This document shows positions 1 to 9,016 of a DNA stretch of 40,000 nt, piece by piece. How positions within the stretch are numbered: the stretch's first letter is position 1; each line of letters opens with the position of its first letter. The notes under the pieces are model-generated. The model made no database searches, was not told the origin of the DNA, and saw nothing but the letters and a program-made list of their open reading frames with translations. The stretch is from Halobacterium sp. CBA1126. GTDB taxonomy: Archaea > Halobacteriota > Halobacteria > Halobacteriales > Halobacteriaceae. The stretch is from assembly GCF_009741975.1 (NCBI RefSeq), contig NZ_WPCF01000007.1, forward strand, positions 5,311-45,310. The letters run 5' to 3'. The position numbers and the translations under genes were made by a program.

Positions 1-55
1 TCAACCCGGATTCGCACGCTTTTTCAGCCCTCGGGGAGTAGACGTGTTCCAACGA

Positions 56-1051
56 ATGATTTCGAAGGGCTGCGAGCAGTGCGCGAAGGGCGGGAAGATG
101 GTGCTCTTCGTCTACGGGTACTGCGACCAGCGCGACTGCTTCTACTGCCCGCTGGGCGAGAACCGGAAGAACGTCCAGCAGGTGTACGCCAACGAGCGTC
201 CCGTCGAGGACGACGAGGACATCGTCCAGGAGGCGAAGCTGATGGACGCGCTCGGCACCTCGATTACGGGCGGCGAGCCGCAGGAAGTGCTGGACCGCAC
301 CTGCCGGTACCTCCGCCTGCTGAAAGACGAGTTCGGCGAGGACCACCACACGCACCTCTACACGGGCATCACGGGCGGCCGCGAGAACGTGCGCCGCCTG
401 AGCGAGGCGGGCCTCGACGAGATCCGGTTCCACCCGCCGTACGAGCAGTGGGGCGACCTCCACGGCACCGAGTGGGAGGAAATCCTCTACACCGCCCGCG
501 AGGAGGGCCTGACGCCCGCGTTCGAGATTCCCGGCATCCGCGCGGAGCCGGAGTTCCTCGAGTTCCTCGACGAGGGCGCCGCGGAGTTCTGCAACGTCAA
601 CGAGTTCGAGATGAGCGACGGGAACTACGAGCGCATGCAGGAGGCGGGCTACGAGCTCCAGGAGGACCACATGAGCGCGGTCGATGGCTCGAAGGAGGCC
701 ATCCTCGAGGAGATGGCCGACCACGAGAAGGTGTACTTCTGCACGAGCGTCTTCAAGGACGCCGCCCAGCACCGCTCGCGCCTGAAGCGCATGGCGCGGA
801 ACGTCCGCCGGGAGTTCGACGACGTCACCGAGGACGGCACGCTCGTCTACGGGAAGACCACTGTCAGCCCGCAGCGCATCCGGGACCTCGGCGTCCCCGA
901 GGAGTTCTACACGGTGAAGTCCGACCACGTCGAGGTGGCGTGGTGGCTGCTCGAGGAGATGGTCGAAGAGGGGGACATCGACAGCGGCGAGATCGTCGAG
1001 CAGTACCCGACGTACGACGGGCAGGTAGTCGAGCGGACGCCGCTGGCGTAG
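56..1051 (+). CDS. radical SAM domain protein (activase-like)
   Basis: ORF 44..1051 (GTG at 44, first in-frame ATG at 56). N-terminal Cys cluster GYCDQRDCFYCP and TGGEP motif; acidic composition. The last 9 codons plus stop lie in a 33-bp direct repeat. Confidence 0.75.
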   Translation: MISKGCEQCAKGGKMVLFVYGYCDQRDCFYCPLGENRKNVQQVYANERPVEDDEDIVQEAKLMDALGTSITGGEPQEVLDRTCRYLRLLKDEFGEDHHTHLYTGITGGRENVRRLSEAGLDEIRFHPPYEQWGDLHGTEWEEILYTAREEGLTPAFEIPGIRAEPEFLEFLDEGAAEFCNVNEFEMSDGNYERMQEAGYELQEDHMSAVDGSKEAILEEMADHEKVYFCTSVFKDAAQHRSRLKRMARNVRREFDDVTEDGTLVYGKTTVSPQRIRDLGVPEEFYTVKSDHVEVAWWLLEEMVEEGDIDSGEIVEQYPTYDGQVVERTPLA

Positions 1052-1052
1052 C
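1020..1052. repeat. 33-bp direct repeat, copy 1 (GGCAGGTAGTCGAGCGGACGCCGCTGGCGTAGC)
   Basis: Read directly; identical to 1113..1145. Covers the end of the radical-SAM ORF including its TAG. Confidence 0.95.
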
Positions 1053-1112
1053 GGGCTTTTTTAGCGTAGATTTTTGCGGCCGAGCGCAGCGAGGCCGGAA
1101 AAAGGTACACGT
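1053..1112 (+). repeat. T5/A5-flanked hairpin cassette, copy A (terminator-like)
   Basis: CTTTTTTAGCGTAGATTTTTGC (1056-1077), GGCC..GGCC palindrome, then GGAAAAAGGTAC. A near-identical motif is present in reverse orientation at 32025..32090. T-tracts occur on both strands between convergent genes. Confidence 0.8.
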
Positions 1113-1145
1113 GGCAGGTAGTCGAGCGGACGCCGCTGGCGTAGC
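1113..1145. repeat. 33-bp direct repeat, copy 2
   Basis: Identical to 1020..1052, offset 93 bp. Confidence 0.95.
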
Positions 1146-1207
1146 TCCACGTCTCTTCTCCGGTACTCTCTGACGTCGAAAAGCGGTCGCAGCGGCCGGC
1201 CCGCGCT

Positions 1208-1477
1208 TCAGGTCGAGATCGGGTCGCGGTGCCAACCGGGGTCGTGGCCCGTGCGCTCGATGAGGTCCGAGCGGCAGGCCGGACAGAAGTCGGGAACGGA
1301 CGAGTCGCTCCGGGGAACGTACACCGCGCCGCCACACTCCACGCACGCGTCGTCGACGACGGTCGCACAGTCCGCGCAGACGTTGAAGTCGTCGACTGTC
1401 AAATCTCGAAGGGGTTCGAGTTGTTTGTCCAGGACGTACTCGTCGATGACCGTCTGACAGTTTTGGCACGGTTTCAT
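1208..1477 (-). CDS. small zinc-ribbon protein (four Cys pairs)
   Basis: Last 89 codons of ORF 1208..1753, starting at the ATG (cat 1475-1477): MKPCQNCQ...CADC...CVEC...CPAC. The upstream part of the long ORF is Arg/Ser-rich and lies in a repeat element, so the internal start is preferred. Confidence 0.6.
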   Translation of the reverse strand: MKPCQNCQTVIDEYVLDKQLEPLRDLTVDDFNVCADCATVVDDACVECGGAVYVPRSDSSVPDFCPACRSDLIERTGHDPGWHRDPIST

Positions 1478-1559
1478 GGCGATGCGTCTTGTCCCATGTG
1501 ACCGAGTGGCAAGTACCTGTCCCTGCCGGCGAAACGGCGGTCCGGTGAACTGCCGCGGA

Positions 1560-1810
1560 GGAAGCATCCGCGAGCGGGGGTTCTCTGAACCCCCGCGAAG
1601 CGGTTCACTTCGCGACCGAGCGTAGCGAGGGAGCGAAGGCCGACGACTGAACGGAGTCGTTCGAGAGAGCGAAGCTCTCTCGTGATGACGAGAGACGCCG
1701 CTGGCGTCTCTCGAACCACGAAGCGAAGTGAAGGCGGAGTGCTTTTTCCGCAAGTTTTTGCCGAACGGGGGTCGCCTGCGGCGACCCCCGTGCAGCGCAA
1801 AAAGTGCGCC
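1560..1810 (+). repeat. hairpin-mosaic intergenic repeat (includes cassette copy C at 1742..1804)
   Basis: Chain of perfect GC-rich hairpins at 1574-1596, 1643-1660, 1662-1682, 1690-1712 and 1766-1790. Collinear blocks are shared with the reverse complement of 13670..13925. Confidence 0.8.
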
Positions 1811-3061
1811 TTAGACGCCCGTGCTGTACCGCAGCAGGCCGGCGATGCCGCCGAAGGCGGTGAGCAGCTGTTCGCCCTTCTCGAAGTCGGTGGAGATGAA
1901 GTGGGTGTCCGTGCCGCGCTGTTCGGCGATCTCCATGAGGTGGTCGATGGCGTCGTCGCGCTCGTCGACTTCGGCGTCCTCGCCGCACTCCGAGCAGGTG
2001 TGTTCGGGGGTGTCGGCGCGCTGGCTGACGAGTTCGCGTTCCTCGTGGCCGTTCGGGCACTCGTAGGTGACGACGTCCTTCCGGAGGTCCTCGGAGATGA
2101 GCAGCGTCTCCACGGAGCCCATGACGAGGTTCTTCCGCGTGGGCTCGAAGCCGTAGGTGGCGAGGTCGCCGCCGTTGAGCTCCTGGAAGAACTCCTCCAT
2201 GTCGGACTTGTCGTCCATCAGGTCGGCTTCCGCGAGCGTGTCCTGCGCGCGGTCGACGAGCTCCTTCAGGCCGGACTCGTCGGTGTAGGAGACGTCGAAC
2301 TTCCCGAGGACGTGGTCCTGGAGCTCGTGGTGGAGGTAGTCGCCGTCGAGGAACTCGTCTTTCGTCGGCGACGGGCCGCCGACGAGGATGCCGTCGAGTT
2401 CGTGGCGCTTCGGGACGAAGAGGTCGTCGGCCATCCCGGCGACCTCCTGGTAGAAGTTGTCGATGGCTTCCAGCCGGAGGCGGGCGAACCGCTGTGCGGA
2501 CTGGCCGCCCTTCCGCTGCTTGCCGGGGACGAGGCTGGACGCGGACTTGACGGCCTCGATGCGCTTGCCCTTCAGCCAGCCGACGTTGGCTTCGCGGCGA
2601 TCGAGGACGATGAGCCCGTAGAGGCCCTTGTCCCCGAGCATCTCCTCGAGGGGTTCGGTGAGGAACTCGTCGTCACAGTGGTAGCGGAACGACTGGATCT
2701 CCTGTGGCGGGGACTCCAGGACCTCCGTCACCATCTCCGTGCGGCCGCCGCCGGTGTCGACCGCGCCGGAGAAGACGACGAGGCCGTTCTCGGGCGGGAA
2801 CGTGTCGTAGTACCGCAGCCGGTCCTTGATTGACTTCAGCGCGTCCTGGACGTTCGTCCGGGTCTGCTTGGACTTGATGTTGGAGGCTTCCGAGTGCTCC
2901 TGCGTGACGTGGGCGACGACGTCCGAGATCTGCTTGTCCGGGGGGATGTAGATGGTCACCAGCTGGGTGCCGCTCCCGGTGTAGTCCTTCAGGTCCTCGA
3001 TGACCTTCTGGAACTCGTACTTCCGGCGGTCCTCGGACGGTGCGCCCTCCTGCTCGCTCAT
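1811..3061 (-). CDS. prf1: peptide chain release factor aRF1
   Basis: Within ORF 1811..3166; ATG (cat 3059-3061) gives MSEQEG.... NIKS motif (SNIKSKQTR) and GGQ motif (RKGGQSAQRF); about 416 aa. Confidence 0.95.
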   Translation of the reverse strand: MSEQEGAPSEDRRKYEFQKVIEDLKDYTGSGTQLVTIYIPPDKQISDVVAHVTQEHSEASNIKSKQTRTNVQDALKSIKDRLRYYDTFPPENGLVVFSGAVDTGGGRTEMVTEVLESPPQEIQSFRYHCDDEFLTEPLEEMLGDKGLYGLIVLDRREANVGWLKGKRIEAVKSASSLVPGKQRKGGQSAQRFARLRLEAIDNFYQEVAGMADDLFVPKRHELDGILVGGPSPTKDEFLDGDYLHHELQDHVLGKFDVSYTDESGLKELVDRAQDTLAEADLMDDKSDMEEFFQELNGGDLATYGFEPTRKNLVMGSVETLLISEDLRKDVVTYECPNGHEERELVSQRADTPEHTCSECGEDAEVDERDDAIDHLMEIAEQRGTDTHFISTDFEKGEQLLTAFGGIAGLLRYSTGV

Positions 3062-3168
3062 TACCCGGAGATAGCCGGCGTGCGCGTAAGTAACCTTTGA
3101 CCTCCGGGTTTCGGGGCGCCGGCCAGCGGCGGGGCGTCGGACGCTCGCACGCCGAATCCCGCCCAACG

Positions 3169-3175
3169 CTTTAAG
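3169..3175 (+). promoter_or_regulatory. TATA-box-like element (CTTTAAG) for the MinD-type gene
   Basis: AT-rich heptamer about 25-30 nt upstream of ATG 3199 in otherwise GC-rich spacer. Spacing fits a leaderless haloarchaeal promoter. Confidence 0.4.
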
Positions 3176-3198
3176 GCCCGCTCTGCGTACGCGGGAGT

Positions 3199-4041
3199 AT
3201 GACTGGACGCGTGTTCGCCGTCGCCTCCGGGAAGGGCGGCGTCGGCAAGACGACGACTGCCGTGAACCTCGCGGCGGTGATGGCGGAGGCGGACCGCTCG
3301 GTCGTGCTCGTGGACTACGACCTCGGGATGGCGAACGTCGGCGCCGTCCTCGACGTGGAGCCCGCGGAGGCGACGCTCCACGACGTGCTCGCCGGGGACG
3401 CGGACGCGCTGGACGCCGTAGCGGAAGCGCCCGGGGAGTTCGACGCGATGGTCGGCGGCACGGACATCGAGGACTTCGGGCGCGCGGACCCGTCGAAGCT
3501 CCGCGAAGTCGCCGAGGACCTCCGCGAGGAGTACGACGTCACCATCGTGGACACGGGCGGCGGCCTCAGCCACGACACGACCGTCCCGCTCGGCCTCGCC
3601 GACGACGTACTGTTGGTGTCGACGCCGCAGGTCGCGGCGCTGGAGAACACCGCGAAGACCCTGGACCTCGTCGAGCGCGTCGGCGGCGACGTCGAGGGCC
3701 TGATTCTGACCCGGGTCGGCGGGGCGGCCGTCGACGTCGACGAGGCCGTCGAGCGCGTCGACGCGCCGCTGCTCGGGACGATTCCCGAGGACGGCGCGGT
3801 CGCCGACAGCGAGGCGGCGGGCGAGCCGCTGGTCGTCTACGCGCCCGAGAACCCGGCCGCGCAGTCGTACCGGGAACTCGGCTACGAGCTCCTCGGCGAG
3901 TCGCCGCCGGTGTCGTTCCGGGACGGCGACGAGGACGGCGAGGTGTCCGCGGGCGCGGCGTTCGCGGAGGTCGCCGACGAGCAGGCGGAGGCGGACAACG
4001 AGTCGCTGCTGTCGCGGCTGACGGGCGGCCGGCTCGGCTGA
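3199..4041 (+). CDS. MinD/ParA-family P-loop ATPase
   Basis: Deviant Walker A VASGKGGVGKTTTAVNLA; MinD-like body followed by an acidic C-terminal extension. Confidence 0.85.
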   Translation: MTGRVFAVASGKGGVGKTTTAVNLAAVMAEADRSVVLVDYDLGMANVGAVLDVEPAEATLHDVLAGDADALDAVAEAPGEFDAMVGGTDIEDFGRADPSKLREVAEDLREEYDVTIVDTGGGLSHDTTVPLGLADDVLLVSTPQVAALENTAKTLDLVERVGGDVEGLILTRVGGAAVDVDEAVERVDAPLLGTIPEDGAVADSEAAGEPLVVYAPENPAAQSYRELGYELLGESPPVSFRDGDEDGEVSAGAAFAEVADEQAEADNESLLSRLTGGRLG

Positions 4042-4081
4042 ACGGGAACAATTAAGCGAGTACGGCCGCGGAGTGTCGACC

Positions 4082-4183
4082 ATGGCAAACGAGAACTCCG
4101 TCTCGACCGGCTGGCTGGTCGTCTACGTCGTGGTCGCGTTGCTCGTCGTCTACGGGTCGCTGGTGTTCGTCGGCGCGCTGTAA
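4082..4183 (+). CDS. possible 33-aa single-pass membrane micro-protein
   Basis: ATG 4082 to TAA 4181-4183: MANENSVSTGWLVVYVVVALLVVYGSLVFVGAL. One clear hydrophobic helix. Below the ORF-track cutoff; no homology can be asserted. Confidence 0.3.
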   Translation: MANENSVSTGWLVVYVVVALLVVYGSLVFVGAL

Positions 4184-4188
4184 CTGTT

Positions 4189-5942
4189 CTACATCGACTC
4201 CGGGGCTTCGATGCCGAGGACGTCCAGCGCGTTCGCCAGCGTGCGCCGCGCCGCGGTCACGAGCGCGAGGCGCGCGGCCGCCACGTCGTCGTCGACGTCC
4301 TCGCCGAGGACGTGCCGCGAGCGGTAGAACGCGTTGAACACGTCCACGAACTCGCGCGCGAACGTCGCGACCTGGTGTGGTTCGCGTTCGGCGGCGGCTT
4401 CCTCGACGACGCCCGGGAACCGCGCGATGGCCTTCAGGAGGTCGCGCTCCTCGGGCGTGTCGAGGAGGCCGGCGTCTAGTTCGGGCTTGAGGCCGTCGGC
4501 TTCCGCCGCGATGCCGCAGGCGCGGGCGTGGGCGTACTGGACGTAGGGCGCGCTCTGCCCCTCGAAGTCGAGGGCGTCCTCCCAGTCGAACGTGATGGCC
4601 TTCGTGGGCTGCTTGGAGACGATGTCGTAGCGCACCGCGCCGATGCCGACCTGCCGGGCGATGCGTTCGACGTCCTCGTCGGTGAGGTCGTCGCCGCGGA
4701 TGCGGTCGTCCAGCCGGGAGCGGACGGCCTCCTCGGCGCGCGCGACGGCCTCGTCGAGCAGGTCGTCCATGTCGACGCCCGTCCCCTGCCGGGTGCTCAT
4801 CGACTCGCCGCCCGGGAGGTTCACCCACGCGTAGAACACCTCTTCGAGGCGGTCCGTGTCGTTCCCGAGGATGTCGAGGGCGGCGTTGAGCTTGTTCGCG
4901 TGCAGCTCCTGGTCCTCGCCGAGCACCGTGATGGCGTAGTCGAACGCCTCGAACTTCCACTCGTGGTGGGCGAGGTCCCGCGTCGTGTACAGCGTGGTGT
5001 CGTCCGAGCGCAGGAAGACGAACGACTGCTCGATGTCCCACGCTTCGAGGTCGAGCTGCCACGCGCCCTCCTCGCGGAAGGCGTGCTCGGAGTCCCGGAG
5101 GTCGTCGACGACGTCGTGCGTGGAGCCGTCACGGAGGAACCGCGTCTCCTTGACGAACTCGTCGAACTCCGCGGGGAGGCGCCCGAGGGTCTCCCGCATC
5201 CCGCCGAGCACCTGGTCGACGACGGTCTCGACGCGCTCGTAGGTCTCCTCGTCGCCGGCGTCCAGCCCCTCGATGATGGCCGCAATCTCTTCTTCGGCCT
5301 CCTCGACGGCCTCGGGGTCGCCCTCCTCGAGGAACTCGTTGCCCTTCCGGTAGTAGCGCACGAGCTCGTAGTCGGGCTTCTCGCGCTCGGGCTCGGGGAG
5401 GTCGCGCTCGTCGAAGGTCTCGTACGCCCACGTGAACACGGCCATCTGGCGGCCGGCGTCGTTGACGTAGTACTCGCGGGTGACGTCGTGGCCGGCGTAG
5501 TCGAGGACGCGAGCGAGCGCGTCGCCGAGAATCGGGTTGCGGGCGCGGCCGACGTGGACGGGCCCCGTGGGGTTCGCGCTCGTGTGCTCGACGACGACCG
5601 ACTGGCCGGTGTCCGGGAGCCGGCCCCACTCCTCGGACTGGGCGTCGGCGAGCGCGCCGTCGAAGTACGCCTCGCTGGGCGAGAAGTTCACGTACGGGCC
5701 CTGCGTGGACGCCTCGGCGACGTACTCGGCGTCCGAGAGGTCGACGCGTCGGCGATTTCGGCGGCGACCTCCGGCGGCGGCGCCTGCGCCTCGCCGGCGA
5801 GTCGGAACGCCACGCTGGACGCGAGCACGGCGGGCACGTCCGCGGGCGGTTCCTCGATGCCGAGGTCCTCGGTCGGGTAGCCGAGGTCGCCGAGGGCGGC
5901 GTCGAGGGCCGCCTCGACTTCGCGGCGGAAAGCGATGAACAT
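4189..5942 (-). pseudogene. argS: arginine--tRNA ligase, reading frame broken once at about 5746-5747 (probable sequence error)
   Basis: Catalytic and anticodon-binding body in ORF 4189..5691 ([17 protein letters not shown]). The N-terminal domain [33 protein letters not shown]... is in another frame (tail of ORF 5688..7325, ATG = cat 5940-5942). The frames join at sense GCC GAC GC|GTC GAC, one nucleotide short. Confidence 0.9.
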
Positions 5943-6056
5943 GCTCGCCCGTTCGACGCGACGGCTAAAGGGATTTCCGAAGCGGCCGGGCGCGCTCGCT
6001 TCCGGGGGATGGGGCCGAGCGCCACGCTTTTCCACGCGCTCGGCGAACGCAGTGGT

Positions 6057-7013
6057 ATGCCGAAGCAGGTGGACGACCCGGACTACCACCACGACAACCA
6101 TACCGCCGCCCAGACCTGCGGGTGGACGGCGAACTCCCTGCGCGGCGAGGGCACCTGTTACAAGCACGCGTTCTACGGCATCCGCTCGCACCGCTGCATC
6201 CAGATGACGCCCGTGGTGCGGTGCAACGAGCGCTGCGTGTTCTGCTGGCGCGACCACGCCGGCCACACGTACGAGCTCGACGGCGTGGAGTGGGACGACC
6301 CGGAGGCGGTCGTGGACGCCTCCATCGAGCTCCAGAAGAAGCTCCTCTCGGGGTTCGGCGGCAACGACGACGTTCCGAGAGAACGCTTCGAGGAGGCGAT
6401 GAACCCCCGCCACGTCGCCATCTCGCTGGACGGCGAGCCCACGCTGTACCCGTACCTCCCGGAGCTGCTGGAGGAGTTCCACGACCGCGGGCTGACGACG
6501 TTCCTCGTGTCGAACGGCACCCGGCCCGAGGTCCTCGAAGAGTGCGACCCGACGCAGCTGTACGTCTCCGTGGACGCCCCCGAGCGCGCGACGTTCGACG
6601 ACGTCGTGGGCGCGACCGAGGACGACGCGTGGGAGAAGCTCGTGGACACGATGGACGTCCTCCGGGAAAAGAAGGCGACGCGGACGGTGCTGCGGACGAC
6701 GCTCGTCGGCGGCGAGAACATGCAGAATCCGGACTGGTACGCTGGGTTCTACGACCGCGCGGACCCGGACTTCGTGGAGCTGAAGGCGTACATGCACGTC
6801 GGCGACTCCCGGGACCGCCTCGACCGCGAGGCGATGCCGAGCCACGAGGACGTCGTCGAGTTCGCGGAGGCGGTGCAGGAGCACATGCCCGAGCACACCG
6901 TGTTGCGCGACCAGGAGGTCTCGCGGGTGGCGCTGCTCGCCCGCGAGGAAGACACGTGGGTGCCGAAGCTCGAGGCGGACTCGGAGTTCTGGGCGGGCTC
7001 GACCGCCGACTGA
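6057..7013 (+). CDS. taw1: 4-demethylwyosine synthase (radical SAM, Taw1/TYW1)
   Basis: ORF 6009..7013; ATG at 6057 (MPKQVDD) preferred, 6009 possible. [18 protein letters not shown] radical-SAM cluster, [11 protein letters not shown]. Confidence 0.85.
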   Translation: MPKQVDDPDYHHDNHTAAQTCGWTANSLRGEGTCYKHAFYGIRSHRCIQMTPVVRCNERCVFCWRDHAGHTYELDGVEWDDPEAVVDASIELQKKLLSGFGGNDDVPRERFEEAMNPRHVAISLDGEPTLYPYLPELLEEFHDRGLTTFLVSNGTRPEVLEECDPTQLYVSVDAPERATFDDVVGATEDDAWEKLVDTMDVLREKKATRTVLRTTLVGGENMQNPDWYAGFYDRADPDFVELKAYMHVGDSRDRLDREAMPSHEDVVEFAEAVQEHMPEHTVLRDQEVSRVALLAREEDTWVPKLEADSEFWAGSTAD

Positions 7014-7080
7014 CGCCCTCACTTTCGAGACGCGTTCCACTTCCGGTATCCTTATGCGGCGCGCGCCCGAATCTGTGGCC

Positions 7081-7788
7081 ATGTCGCAAGCCACGGGCAC
7101 GCGCGAGGTCGGGTACGACGAGCTCGCCGTGCTGAAGCTCCTCGCGCTCGACGGCGCGCGCCGCGGCGAGGTGAAGGTCTCCTGCGGGGACCTCGCGGGC
7201 CGCCTCGACGCCTCCAACCAGACCGCCTCCCGCCGCCTCCAGGCGCTCGAGGACGCGGGCCTCGTCGAACGCGACCTCGTCAACGACGGCCAGTGGGTCG
7301 CCATCACGGACGCCGGCGAGCGCACCCTCGAACGCGAGTACGAGGACTACCGCCGCATCTTCGAGGACGCCGACGAGCTCGCCCTCGAGGGGTCGGTCAC
7401 CAGCGGGATGGGCGAGGGACGCCACTATATCAGCCTCCCCGGCTACATGCGCCAGTTCGAGGAGAAGCTCGGCTACGAGCCGTACCTCGGCACCCTCAAC
7501 GTCGAGCTCACCGCCGAGAGCCAGCGCGCGCGCTCCGCGCTGGAGGCGATGGACGGCGTCCGCATCGAGGGCTGGGAGGACGAGGAGCGCACCTACGGCC
7601 CGGCGACGTGCTACCACGCCACCGTCGAGAACGCGGACGGCGACGCGTTCTCGCCGGCGCACGTCATCGTCCCGGACCGCACCCACCACGACGAGACGCA
7701 GGTCGAGCTCATCGCGCCGGAGAAGCTCCGCGAGGAACTCGGCCTGCTCGACGGCGACGAGGTGACTGTCCGTGTCGAAGAGCAGTAA
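7081..7788 (+). CDS. ribK: CTP-dependent riboflavin kinase with N-terminal HTH
   Basis: ORF 7054..7788, ATG 7081. A winged-helix-like N-terminus precedes the archaeal riboflavin kinase signature [19 protein letters not shown]...GTLNV. Confidence 0.85.
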   Translation: MSQATGTREVGYDELAVLKLLALDGARRGEVKVSCGDLAGRLDASNQTASRRLQALEDAGLVERDLVNDGQWVAITDAGERTLEREYEDYRRIFEDADELALEGSVTSGMGEGRHYISLPGYMRQFEEKLGYEPYLGTLNVELTAESQRARSALEAMDGVRIEGWEDEERTYGPATCYHATVENADGDAFSPAHVIVPDRTHHDETQVELIAPEKLREELGLLDGDEVTVRVEEQ

Positions 7789-8434
7789 CGCCACACGCGT
7801 CGAGGCGGCGGTCGCGGCGTTCCGCGCCGGCGACCCCGTGCTCGTCCACGACGCCGCCGACCGCGAGGGCGAGGTCGACCTCGTCTACCCCGCGGAAGCG
7901 GTCACGCCCGACGACGTCGCGCGCCTCCGCAACGACGCCGGCGGCCTCATCTGCGTCGCGGTCGGCGAGGCCGCCGCGGACGCCTTCGACCTCCCGTTCC
8001 TCGCGGACGTCATCGACCACCCCGCGGCGGACCACGGCCACCTCGGCTACGACGACCGCTCGTCGTTCTCGCTGCCCGTGAACCACCGCGACACGTTCAC
8101 CGGCATCACGGACGACGACCGCGCGCTCACCATCACCGAGCTCGCGGCCGCGACCGCCGACCCCGCGAGCGTCGACTTCGCCGCGGAGTTCCGCGCGCCC
8201 GGCCACGTCCACGTGCTCCGCGCCGCGCCCTCGCTGGACGACCGGCAGGGCCACACGGAACTCGCGGTCGCGCTCGCCGAAGAGGCCGGCGTCGCGCCCG
8301 CCGCGGTCGTCTGCGAGATGCTCGACGCCGACACCGGCGGCGCGCTCTCGGTCGCGGACGCGAAGGCGTACGCCGACCGCGAGGGCTTCGTCTACGTCGA
8401 AGGCAGCGACCTGCTGGCGGCGTTCGCCGAGTAA
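7772..8434 (+). CDS. ribB: 3,4-dihydroxy-2-butanone-4-phosphate synthase
   Basis: [19 protein letters not shown] and HTELAVALA motifs. Overlaps ribK by 17 nt (operon). Confidence 0.9.
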   Translation: MSKSSNATRVEAAVAAFRAGDPVLVHDAADREGEVDLVYPAEAVTPDDVARLRNDAGGLICVAVGEAAADAFDLPFLADVIDHPAADHGHLGYDDRSSFSLPVNHRDTFTGITDDDRALTITELAAATADPASVDFAAEFRAPGHVHVLRAAPSLDDRQGHTELAVALAEEAGVAPAAVVCEMLDADTGGALSVADAKAYADREGFVYVEGSDLLAAFAE

Positions 8435-8452
8435 GCAGCCCGAGCGACTCCT

Positions 8453-8911
8453 TCACCCGTCGCAGGGACTCTCCTGTCTGAGTAGCCGGCGGCCCGCTTC
8501 TCGGAGTCGCTGGCGCGCTTGCCGGCCGACGCTGGCGAACCCGAGCGTAGCCGCGCACAGAACCGATGCGACTCGGAGGCCGGTCGCCGTCCACGGGTTC
8601 GGTGTCGGTCCGGCTATCGCGATCACCAACAGCAGGTGGGCGGCGAGGTGCGTGAGGAAGTACACTGCGCTCTCGCGGACCGACGGCCGAAACCCCGCGG
8701 TCCAGAGCGCCGCCGCGGCGACGACGGAGAACGCGAACGCCGCCGTCGGGCTGGAGACGGGGAGCCGGACCGCGAGTGCGTCGTGGACGCCGAGCCAGAG
8801 CCCCGCCAGCGAGGCCCCGACGAGAAACCAGAACGCGACGAGCCGTCCCAGCGACGCGGACTGGCTGGGCGCGGCCGACTCGGAGTCGCGCAATCCACTC
8901 GAGGGGCGCAT
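8453..8911 (-). CDS. hypothetical multi-pass membrane protein
   Basis: ORF 8453..8992; internal ATG (cat 8909-8911) preferred. Several hydrophobic segments; no recognisable family. Confidence 0.4.
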   Translation of the reverse strand: MRPSSGLRDSESAAPSQSASLGRLVAFWFLVGASLAGLWLGVHDALAVRLPVSSPTAAFAFSVVAAAALWTAGFRPSVRESAVYFLTHLAAHLLLVIAIAGPTPNPWTATGLRVASVLCAATLGFASVGRQARQRLREAGRRLLRQESPCDG

Positions 8912-9016
8912 CGTTGCGTAGCCACTGCGTCCAAGCGTATGAACCCACGTGCAGTTCGCAGGGCGCGAAACTGGCCCGTAGAACGGCGACATCGCGTTCC
9001 GGGGCCGCTTCTCGGG

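Noticed and set aside
1208-1753. Full-length 181-aa version of the zinc-ribbon ORF
   Set aside because: The N-terminal 92 codons are basic and Ser/Arg-rich and are encoded by the hairpin-mosaic repeat. The same RSRSEPLR peptide appears in a spurious ORF over the inverted copy at 13663..13986. The ATG at 1477 gives a compact acidic Cys-rich protein.
1540-1810. CRISPR array as an explanation for the repeated palindromes (also 13670-13925, 32025-32260)
   Set aside because: There is no regularly spaced identical repeat unit of 24-37 bp with unique spacers. The palindromes differ from each other, are contiguous, and no cas genes or leader are present.
5688-5942. Programmed ribosomal frameshifting or recoding in argS, and by analogy in carS, the thrC-like gene, ridA and glnA
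   Set aside because: No slippery heptamer or downstream pseudoknot is evident at any junction. Six events in unrelated conserved genes with an identical missing-G signature are far better explained by sequence error.
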